The position numbers and the translations under genes are program-made. The notes under the pieces were generated by a model. It saw only the letters and a list, made by a program, of their open reading frames with translations, had not been told where the DNA came from and did no database searches. A DNA stretch of 24,496 nt from Fibrobacterota bacterium (GTDB lineage: Bacteria; Fibrobacterota; Fibrobacteria; UBA11236): contig JAYUVP010000021.1 of NCBI GenBank assembly GCA_043753995.1, positions 1 through 24,496 of the forward strand, in the 5' to 3' direction. Positions 8,670-16,645 of the stretch are shown piece after piece (position 1 is the first letter of the stretch; every line of letters starts with the position of its first letter).

Positions 8670-9365
8670 TTACCGGGCTAAATCTTCAGCATAGACCTCT
8701 CGCCCACCCCAGGTTCGCAAAAGCCAAATGGCTTGCTCCAGACGATTTTTTCCATAGGGCCGGGACAGGCTTTCGGCTCCCGACATAATCAGAGGCACGG
8801 TTTGCCGCAAATCCAAATGCCAGCCATTGTTTTCTTTGAGAAAATGAAAAACCGGGACTCGGGGCGCTTCGCGTATTCCCAGAGTGACCTGGTTGCCCCG
8901 CAAGACATAGTTACCAAGTTCGGTTTTTAGAAAAGATCGCCTCAAGGGGGAGCCCTCGCTGAGAAATCTTTCCAAGAGAGGTTGCGGCCTATCGTCCAAA
9001 GCCGGATTGCGGCGGCGATCGACTCGCAGAATGAGAGCGAAGACAATGTCTTCAAAGGGGAGATCGAGTAATTCTTTCTGGGAATCCATGCGTGAACTGC
9101 GGGCCAGGTCTTTCAGCCAATCGCGACTCGAAAGGGATAAGCCTTGCAAGACCTTGTCCCATTGCTGGTTTTGCAAATCGCGCCGCCAATCCAAGAAAAA
9201 AACCTCGACGGCGCGAATATTCACGGAGTCCGCGGCGGAGATTTCCGCCACAGTCGCGGGGGCGCAACTCCAGGGTAGGACCGCCAGGGCCATGAGGGCC
9301 ACTAAGGCCGGTAGAGCCAAGGAAGTTAGGCCAAATAGGCTTGCGCCAAAGGCCCGGCGCGTCAT
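8670..9365 (-). CDS. Hypothetical secreted protein, probable lipoprotein
   Basis: MTRR, a long hydrophobic stretch, then WSC. ATGA overlap with the upstream gene. Ends with a ..FLKENNGWHLD hairpin motif seen in NTF2-like lipoproteins. Confidence 0.7.
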   Translation of the reverse strand: MTRRAFGASLFGLTSLALPALVALMALAVLPWSCAPATVAEISAADSVNIRAVEVFFLDWRRDLQNQQWDKVLQGLSLSSRDWLKDLARSSRMDSQKELLDLPFEDIVFALILRVDRRRNPALDDRPQPLLERFLSEGSPLRRSFLKTELGNYVLRGNQVTLGIREAPRVPVFHFLKENNGWHLDLRQTVPLIMSGAESLSRPYGKNRLEQAIWLLRTWGGREVYAEDLAR

Positions 9366-11725
9366 CGTATTAAGCTGAGACGACGCTGATGATAAAGCGC
9401 AATGCGCTTTTGAAAGGCCTCGCGCTCCAATTCATCGTCACTGCGAAAACGCTTGCGGGGAGCCAATTTTTCCAATGCCGCCAAGGCTACGGTGTCGAAG
9501 GGATTATGCCGGGTGACATATCCTTCGAGCATGTCTAAGGCCTCTTCTACATCGGCGGGATTTTCGCCGAGCCAATCCAAATAGGCACGCAGGGCTTTGC
9601 CTGAACTTTCACCATCCAAACCATCTTCCTGCTCCAGGGCATCGGCGGCCACGTCTTTGGCTAAGCCCACATCGTCCAATACCTTGGGCTCGCTGAGGAG
9701 AAAGTGGATGAGCGGGCTGGGCAAGGTCTTCGCCTCGGTTTCGTCGGTCAAAACCGTGGCGGCCGAATCCGATTTGCCGATTCGTGCTAGGCAGCCAGCA
9801 CGCACGATTTGCAAAGTTTGGCTCAAAGCATTTTCCTTGCTGTAGCCAGTCAAGAAGTCGAGTGCTTCGCGGCAATGTCCCGTACTATACAGATTGCGCA
9901 AATAGGCCAGCACCTCGGTTTCAGGAAGATTATAGCGCAGGAAAAACCGTCGAGCGCTGCTGTCTTCCTGCACTTGAAATTGACCTCGATTCAAAAGCTG
10001 CTCACGTTGCCAAGAGGCGAAGAAAAGTCCGTGCCCGGCGGTTTTTCCCAAATACTTGGCCTGGCCATCGGGATTATCGGCAACCAAACCGGCCAGTAAA
10101 TACTGCAAGAAGGCTTCACTCTGAGCTTCCACTTGAGGGCCTAGTAGATCGCGGATTTCACCCAGCTTTTCCGGGGGCACCACCACGGCCATGACATTGA
10201 AATCCTGGCTCCATTGCCGCTGAAAAACCGTCCAGCGCTGATCGTCCCAAATGTCCACGGTATTCACGTCATAGGTGACCAGAGTCTGCAAGGCGCGATC
10301 ATAGCCAAAAACCGCCAGCACATGGCCGGGTATGAAGGTCAGCACCGGAAAGTCATGATCGATGAGCTTGAAAATGTCTTCGAGATCGCGAAGAGGCAGG
10401 ACGATGGACTTAAGCCCACGCCGCTCGGCGAAATGCACGGCATCGGTGATGAAGCTGCCCTGTTCGAGTTGGGTGATTTCGGCGCCGATGACCTTGGCTC
10501 CGGTGCGATCGCCCCAATAATTGAGCACAAGGCCCAAGGAATTGGGAACGCAATAGGCGGCCTTGTATTCAGTTCGAGCTTCTATGCCCGGGATGACTTT
10601 GCGCACGGCCTTGGCGGTGTCTGGCTGTCCGAGGCGGCCTTGGAATTCATGGGCCATGACCAATAAGTCATTGTTATGGGGATAGCGCACCAGCACGCGC
10701 AGAAAAGCTTCGTGTGCCAAATCGAGGCGGCCCTGCTTGCGCCAAAGCAGGCCCATATGAAATTGCAAATAGGTATTGAGGCGATCGGATCGCGACCAGG
10801 TCAGTGCGCGGCCATACCAAGGAATAGCCTTTTCGGGTCGCGCGTCTTTCTCATGCTGCATGCCCATGAGCAGGGCATAATAAATGGGCATGCCCGTCGC
10901 GAAACTAAGGCCGAGCAAGGCCAAAACCAAGGAAGCCATGCCCCGTAGCCAAGGGAAAAAGGCCGAGGTTCGGGCTATCCAAGCACGATAGGCGGTCGCG
11001 GTAAGCAAAGGCAAGGCGACAAAGGTCACGAGGTGATAGAGTATTTGCCGACTGTTTTCCACCGAGCCGGGAAAAACTTGGCGCTCAAGCAATTGCCATG
11101 CGGGTATGGCCATGAGGCCGAGATAGGCCTGGCTGGCGAGGAAATAACCCGCGAAGGCGATGAGAAGGAGTTTAAGCAGGCGCACTGGCGTGAAATCATC
11201 ACCCGACCTGGCTCCGTGCACTCCCGCGAAGATCAGCAATAAAGCGAAATTCTGCCACAAGGCGAGCACTTCGAAAGAAATGCTCTCCAAGGAGGCATTG
11301 ACGGGATAAAAGCTGCTCCACAAGCTATCGGAAACCCATTGCTCCAAGGCCACCAGAACAAAGCCCAGCGGCAAAACGGCCAAGGCCGCACCCAAACCAC
11401 GACGCAACCAGGCCGCCTTAGGTGCGGTCGGCAAAGGCAAGCGTGAAGGGGGTTTGATAGCCAGCAGGGCAAGGCCGAAACCGCCATTCCAAACCAGCCA
11501 AAACACGGCTACGAAAAGCCAATTCAGCGGCAAGAACCAAGGCATGGCCCAGGGCACAAGGGCATGCAAGACAAGCAGGAGGCGCACCCAGCCTTTGCGC
11601 CAACAATCGAGCCAAGGCCATAAAATGAGACTGCCGCCCAAAAACAAAAGGGCATAAACCCATCCGGGCGGCGTCTTGTCTGAGGCCATGGCTGTGGAAC
11701 TTGGCATTGGCGAATCGGCCATCAT
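9362..11725 (-). CDS. Multi-TM protein with TPR repeats and a C39-like cysteine peptidase domain (triad present)
   Basis: About 9 N-terminal TM segments and TPRs (KAIPWYGRAL; FHMGLLWRKQGRLDLAHEAF). C39-like motifs YCVPNSLGLVLNYWG, FPVLTFIPGHVLAVFGYD, VTYDVN and F...W. ATG 11725 overlaps the upstream stop (ATGA). Confidence 0.78.
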   Translation of the reverse strand: MMADSPMPSSTAMASDKTPPGWVYALLFLGGSLILWPWLDCWRKGWVRLLLVLHALVPWAMPWFLPLNWLFVAVFWLVWNGGFGLALLAIKPPSRLPLPTAPKAAWLRRGLGAALAVLPLGFVLVALEQWVSDSLWSSFYPVNASLESISFEVLALWQNFALLLIFAGVHGARSGDDFTPVRLLKLLLIAFAGYFLASQAYLGLMAIPAWQLLERQVFPGSVENSRQILYHLVTFVALPLLTATAYRAWIARTSAFFPWLRGMASLVLALLGLSFATGMPIYYALLMGMQHEKDARPEKAIPWYGRALTWSRSDRLNTYLQFHMGLLWRKQGRLDLAHEAFLRVLVRYPHNNDLLVMAHEFQGRLGQPDTAKAVRKVIPGIEARTEYKAAYCVPNSLGLVLNYWGDRTGAKVIGAEITQLEQGSFITDAVHFAERRGLKSIVLPLRDLEDIFKLIDHDFPVLTFIPGHVLAVFGYDRALQTLVTYDVNTVDIWDDQRWTVFQRQWSQDFNVMAVVVPPEKLGEIRDLLGPQVEAQSEAFLQYLLAGLVADNPDGQAKYLGKTAGHGLFFASWQREQLLNRGQFQVQEDSSARRFFLRYNLPETEVLAYLRNLYSTGHCREALDFLTGYSKENALSQTLQIVRAGCLARIGKSDSAATVLTDETEAKTLPSPLIHFLLSEPKVLDDVGLAKDVAADALEQEDGLDGESSGKALRAYLDWLGENPADVEEALDMLEGYVTRHNPFDTVALAALEKLAPRKRFRSDDELEREAFQKRIALYHQRRLSLIR

Positions 11726-14331
11726 CGGGTTCGATTTTCCCATTCGAGCAAATAAGGCTCTTCGGTATTGCCTGGTTCTTGGCATTGTCGCCACTCGGCA
11801 TGAATGCGGGGTTCGGCTTTATCCTGTTTCAGGCTGCGCTCTAAAAGCCGTCGGCCTTGGCGCTTCTTTCCTTCAGCGCAGGAAATGGCGCCCGCGATCA
11901 ATTCATGTCGAGGCAAATGTTTAAATCCGGGACATCGCAATAGCGCGGCCTTGGCCCGAGGCCTATCCCCCGCCAAAAAGGCGGCCCAGGCCAAGCGAAA
12001 CTGAATGTCTTCGTCTCCGAAGGGATGATAGCGCGAAAGGGTGTCGAGGGCGTCCGCCTCTTGTGCATAGGCTCCCCGGCGATGCGCGAGAGCGGCTAAG
12101 GTATCGAGATAAAGCGCCTGGCTTGGCTCTAAGCGTCTCAATAAGCGAAAAGCCGTTTCCGCGGAGTCGAGGCGCTCGGTATGAAGCGGTGAGCCCTCTG
12201 GCGGGATCAAGGCTATCCAACTCAGCAATAAAAATTGGCCCATGCTTCCGTCGAGGATGCGGGCCGTGACCCGCTTGACCGTAGCACTGTCGAGGGGTAC
12301 GAGCCTGGCCCATGCCGGCAATCCTGGCTTATGGAAAAGGCCAGAATAATCACCAGGATCGGAATGCTGATGCTGCCAGCGACGTTTCAGATACAAGATG
12401 CGGCAGGCCACATAATCATTGGGCCACAAGATTTCGGCCTGGGCATAGGCTTCGGCGGCAGCTTGATCGTTTTCTTGCTCTTGATAGAGTTCGTCGCCCA
12501 GCTCGACTAAAAAGGCAGCTCGATCTTCCTCTGGCTTGATCCAGGCGGTGTCCCCCAGAAAAATCGCGACGCCGCCGATATCATGAAGGTTGCGCTCTAA
12601 TTCGGGTGCAGGCACGCTGCGGCGCACGGGCACCTGGCCCTTGCGCTGGGGCATTTGGCGTTGGTCGCTATCCTTCGGGGCTTCGCCTAGGACATCGAGT
12701 TCAGGAGCCCCCCACCAGGGATTATGCTCATAGTGATCGGGATAGCGATAAAGCACATAGGCATCGCGAGTGGCATCATAACCGGCAACCGCGGTCCAAG
12801 CCCCGGCAAGATTGACGAAGGGCACCAAGCCCCGTCGCAGGCTTTGCCGCAAGCGTTGGCCATCGGTGAAGGCGGCGCGATGCGGTATGCCGAGGCGATC
12901 GAGTACGCTGCGCAAGATGGGCACGCCATTCAAGGTCGGTAAATCCATTTGCAAGGCAGGTGACACGGTCAGTAGGCGCTTCTTGATTTCTAAATCCGAC
13001 CAGGAGGGCCGCAAATAGCCTACTGCGCTAAGCAGGGCATACCAATCCGCATCGAGATAGGTGGCTGGCCGAATGAGGCGCAAGGGCAATTCCACTCCCG
13101 AATCCCTCTCCCCAACACCTTTTTTCGCTTGGCCCGCCAAGGCCTGCAAATAATGCTCGGCCCTTTGCCGCAAAACGCTGGCATAGGGGCGATTGCCCAA
13201 GGTGGTTCGCATGCGCGTCCAAAGCTTTTGGGCTGCGGCCGTATCGCCGTTTTGAAAGCGGAAGTCGGCGAGTTCTTCCAAGTCATAAGGCGTGCGAAAA
13301 GCTTCGGGGACGCGCGCGGACTTGCATGCGGCCAGCAGGGCATAACCCTGGAGCTTTTGTTCGCGCAGCAAGGTCGACTGCAAAGCGCCGAGGTAATAAT
13401 TCCAGTCGCCGAGTAAGAAAAGCATGTGGGCAAAAATCAGTCCGGCGGGAACCCCGACAAAGAGTGCCCGCTTGAGCAAGGTCGCCGCCGAAGTGGCCAG
13501 AATCAGGTAGTCAATGCCCAGCAAGGCCCCACTGGAAAAGAAAAAGACCTTCACATAAAGGCGAAGTCGCGCTTCAGTCCAGGGGTCAAAAAGCAAAGGT
13601 TCGCGAGTGCCGCCCCAAATCCAGCCCAAAAGCCGGGTGTCTATGGTTTCCCAAAGCAAAATCCACAAGCCAATCAAAAACAGAGCGACGAAAAACACTA
13701 GGATGGTTCGTACCCGCGCCTGCAAGGGCGAGCGCCAAAGCAGCCAGCCCAAGGCAAGCACCAGAGGAAGGCTGACCAAGGACCATTTTAGGGCATCGAC
13801 ATAAACACTCGCAGGCCACTGAATGGAAAAAGCCCGCAGCTCGGAGAGGCTGCGCAAAAGCGCGGCGAGGTAAGCCAGGGGCGTAATGGCGATAAAGGCC
13901 GTGACCCAACTTTGCCACAAGGCGGTGATACCGCGCACCGGCCTGGCGGGTAAACCTGGGGCGGTTACCGGAACAAAGTGAAAAAGCTCTAAACCCTTAA
14001 CGCGTAGGATGAAATAGGACGAAAGACCCACCCCGACCAGGTAAATGACTACCAATGCCCAGTGCGCTAAAGGCAAAAAGAAAAAGCCAGCATAGGTGGC
14101 AACCGTGCCAATCCACATCACCGACAGGGCCCAGGCATAATTGCGTACCGAGCCGCGACGACGCCATTTGGCCAGCAAAGCGAACCAAAGCGCAAACGGA
14201 CCCAAGACCAAGGCCACCCAAATCAACCAAATGCGCTTTAAAACCAAGGGAATTACGTCGACTCCCATGGCTCGGTCAGGTTCAGATGAATTCAATTGGG
14301 GTTCCGGCAAGGTTGGAGCGGAGAAAGGCAA
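11722..14331 (-). CDS. Multi-TM protein with TPR repeats and a degenerate C39-like domain (paralog of the downstream gene)
   Basis: Same architecture as its neighbour. LVPFVNLAGAWTAVAGYDATRDAYVLY aligns by eye with FPVLTFIPGHVLAVFGYDRALQTLVTY. C-terminal TPRs are present. The start is uncertain (TTG 14331 or ATG 14268). Confidence 0.72.
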   Translation of the reverse strand: MPFSAPTLPEPQLNSSEPDRAMGVDVIPLVLKRIWLIWVALVLGPFALWFALLAKWRRRGSVRNYAWALSVMWIGTVATYAGFFFLPLAHWALVVIYLVGVGLSSYFILRVKGLELFHFVPVTAPGLPARPVRGITALWQSWVTAFIAITPLAYLAALLRSLSELRAFSIQWPASVYVDALKWSLVSLPLVLALGWLLWRSPLQARVRTILVFFVALFLIGLWILLWETIDTRLLGWIWGGTREPLLFDPWTEARLRLYVKVFFFSSGALLGIDYLILATSAATLLKRALFVGVPAGLIFAHMLFLLGDWNYYLGALQSTLLREQKLQGYALLAACKSARVPEAFRTPYDLEELADFRFQNGDTAAAQKLWTRMRTTLGNRPYASVLRQRAEHYLQALAGQAKKGVGERDSGVELPLRLIRPATYLDADWYALLSAVGYLRPSWSDLEIKKRLLTVSPALQMDLPTLNGVPILRSVLDRLGIPHRAAFTDGQRLRQSLRRGLVPFVNLAGAWTAVAGYDATRDAYVLYRYPDHYEHNPWWGAPELDVLGEAPKDSDQRQMPQRKGQVPVRRSVPAPELERNLHDIGGVAIFLGDTAWIKPEEDRAAFLVELGDELYQEQENDQAAAEAYAQAEILWPNDYVACRILYLKRRWQHQHSDPGDYSGLFHKPGLPAWARLVPLDSATVKRVTARILDGSMGQFLLLSWIALIPPEGSPLHTERLDSAETAFRLLRRLEPSQALYLDTLAALAHRRGAYAQEADALDTLSRYHPFGDEDIQFRLAWAAFLAGDRPRAKAALLRCPGFKHLPRHELIAGAISCAEGKKRQGRRLLERSLKQDKAEPRIHAEWRQCQEPGNTEEPYLLEWENRTR

Positions 14332-14381
14332 CCATAGCCTTCACCTCTTCAAAATGTTACAAATCCCCGAACGGCCTATTC

Positions 14382-14410
14382 TTGACGATGTGGCAACCCC
14401 CGGATATCTT
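14382..14410 (+). promoter_or_regulatory. Putative sigma70 promoter for the sugar transferase/deacetylase gene
   Basis: TTGACG-N17-TATCTT in the divergent intergenic region. Confidence 0.5.
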
Positions 14411-14526
14411 TTTCCCGCCTGTGTATGCGATCGCCTCCGATCTCGTCATGACCCAGCGGGCTTTCAGGACAATTCATCGATGCTAACTCACCTCGCCTTT
14501 CCCACCGTAGTTAGTGTCCAGCCGCT

Positions 14527-16605
14527 ATGAAACCATCACTCACCGTACTTGTGCTCAAACGCCTGCTGGATTTATTCCTCGGGTGGATAGGCACCTTGAT
14601 TTTCGTTTTGACCTATCCCTTGGTCGCCTTTCTGATTCGCATCGAAAGCAAGGGCGCGGCCCTCTATACCCAACAGCGCATCGGTATCAACCGCCGCATG
14701 GGGCCTTATCAGATTTTGAAGAAGGTCAAAAACAAGTCAGGCAATTCCGCTCAAGGCCCCGCCTCCTATATCCTGAGCAATAGACAAGTGGATTATGGCG
14801 GCGAAATCTTCACGATTTTGAAATACCGCACCATGCGCATCGATGCGGAATCTTTGGGGCCCCAGCTTGCGAAAAAGGGGCTAGACCCGCGGGTGACCAA
14901 GGTGGGCAAATGGCTGCGCGCCTTGCATATCGATGAATTGCCTCAATTCGTGAACATTTTACGTGGCGACATGAGCTTTATCGGACCTCGTCCCGAGCGT
15001 CCCCATTTCACCTTGCAATATTCCCGCACCATCCCCCATTACTTGGACCGCACACTTTGGATTAAACCCGGTCTCACCGGTCTTGCCCAAGTCATGGTCG
15101 GTTATGATGACGGGCATGAAAGCGTGGTACGCAAGGTGCACTATGACCTGGCTTATCGCAGCTCCACTTCTGGGGTACTGTCCTGGATCAAGATGGAAAT
15201 TGGCTGCCTCGTCAACACCTTCTTTTACCTGTTCGTCAAGCCGCAATTCGAAGGCAATGAGACCCGTGACCTGGTTAGCCTAAAGCGAGCTCGCCTGCTC
15301 GAATTCCGTTCCCAGTCGCCAAGCAAGCGCGACCAGACCTTGCCTCGAACGGCTGTGCACTTGCATCAAACCAAAAAAGCCGTCATCGTCGTCGGCCAAA
15401 GTCCTGAAGAAATTTGCCATCGCCTAAGCTATCTCGAAATGCCGAAAAACCGAACTCTGGAAGTTCAGTTGGTGCCCGAAGAGAGCTTTGATCTTGAAGA
15501 TTTGGGCTATCTCATCACCTTGATTCAAAAGGTGAGAGCCGAAGGCGGCCGTGTGGCCATCAAGAATAGCAGCCCACGCGTCATGCGCATCCTGAAGGAA
15601 ATTCAGCTCGACAATGTGGTCGAATTGCATCGCGCTCAGGACACTCTGAAAAATTTCATGACGGTGGACATGGAATGCTGGTTTCATGCTTACAATCTGA
15701 AAGAACAAGTTCCCCCTAGCACCTGGCATTTGCAACCGACGCGGGTGGTGCAGAACACGCGCAAAATTCTCGACCTTTTCCGGGCGCACGACTCCAAGGC
15801 CACCTTCTTCGTTTTGGGCTGGGTGGCCGACCATTTCCCTGAAGTGGTGGAAATGATTGACGCCGAGGGGCATGAAATCGGTACGCACGGGTACTATCAC
15901 AACCTGCTCACCAATATGACGCCGGATCAATTCGAAGAGGACTTGGAAAAGTCGCTCACGGCCATTACCAAGCGGACGCGTCAGCAAATCATTGGTCACC
16001 GCGCCAGTAATTTCACCATAGTCGAATCGACCTTATGGGCTCTTGAAATCCTAGCCAAATACGGCATCCAATACGACTCCAGTATTTTCCCCATCAAGCG
16101 TGAACGCTATGGCATTGCCCGTTATCCCAATCGCATGCCCCATCGCATGATGTTTGAGGACGGCAGCAGCATGGTGGAAATTCCCTTGTCGACCTTGGGC
16201 TTGGGCAATAAGCTCATCCCGATTTCAGGCGGCGGTTATTTGCGCCTCTACCCCACCACGGTGACCGAGCGCTATATCGACTCACGCAATCAACGCGGAC
16301 TGCCGGCCATGGTTTATTTCCATCCCTGGGAATTGGACAGCCAGCAAAAGCGGCTCAATGTCGGCCTGGTCAAGGGCTTTCAGCACTATGTGAATATCGA
16401 CAGCACCGAAGACAAATTGAATCGGTTGCTGGAACGGTTTTACTTCTCCTCGATTCGCGAGAATCTCGCCACGAGAAGGGTGAAATCCCTGCTGAAAAAG
16501 AATCCCGTGCGCATTGAATTGGTGCGGCAATCCGGCCAATTGGTCGATGCCAACGGCGCCCGGCTCTCCGTGAATGGAACGCCCGCTTTCGAAGTCGCCC
16601 CTTAG
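14527..16605 (+). CDS. Fusion of phosphoglycosyl (priming sugar) transferase, STAS-like domain and polysaccharide deacetylase (XrtA/PEP-CTERM-associated, DUF3473 type)
   Basis: N-terminus: KRLLD..QQRIG..FTILKYRTM..DPRVTKVGKWLR..IDELPQFVNILRGDMSFIGPRPE..KPGLTGLAQV..DLAY. Middle: SFDLEDLGYLITLIQKVRAEGGRVAIKNSSPRVMRILKEIQLD. C-terminus: TVDMECWF..ATFFVLG..GHEIGTHGYYH..YDSSIFP..GGGYLRLYP..YFHPWELD. Confidence 0.9.
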   Translation: MKPSLTVLVLKRLLDLFLGWIGTLIFVLTYPLVAFLIRIESKGAALYTQQRIGINRRMGPYQILKKVKNKSGNSAQGPASYILSNRQVDYGGEIFTILKYRTMRIDAESLGPQLAKKGLDPRVTKVGKWLRALHIDELPQFVNILRGDMSFIGPRPERPHFTLQYSRTIPHYLDRTLWIKPGLTGLAQVMVGYDDGHESVVRKVHYDLAYRSSTSGVLSWIKMEIGCLVNTFFYLFVKPQFEGNETRDLVSLKRARLLEFRSQSPSKRDQTLPRTAVHLHQTKKAVIVVGQSPEEICHRLSYLEMPKNRTLEVQLVPEESFDLEDLGYLITLIQKVRAEGGRVAIKNSSPRVMRILKEIQLDNVVELHRAQDTLKNFMTVDMECWFHAYNLKEQVPPSTWHLQPTRVVQNTRKILDLFRAHDSKATFFVLGWVADHFPEVVEMIDAEGHEIGTHGYYHNLLTNMTPDQFEEDLEKSLTAITKRTRQQIIGHRASNFTIVESTLWALEILAKYGIQYDSSIFPIKRERYGIARYPNRMPHRMMFEDGSSMVEIPLSTLGLGNKLIPISGGGYLRLYPTTVTERYIDSRNQRGLPAMVYFHPWELDSQQKRLNVGLVKGFQHYVNIDSTEDKLNRLLERFYFSSIRENLATRRVKSLLKKNPVRIELVRQSGQLVDANGARLSVNGTPAFEVAP

Positions 16606-16645
16606 CCTTTTTGGCTGGGCGACTGCCTCGAGGGCTCCGAAGCCC

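Noticed and set aside
16632..16645. Small hairpin GGGCT-ccga-AGCCC between the convergent fusion gene and mnmG as a terminator
   Set aside because: The stem is only 5 bp with no adjacent U-tract, too weak to call.
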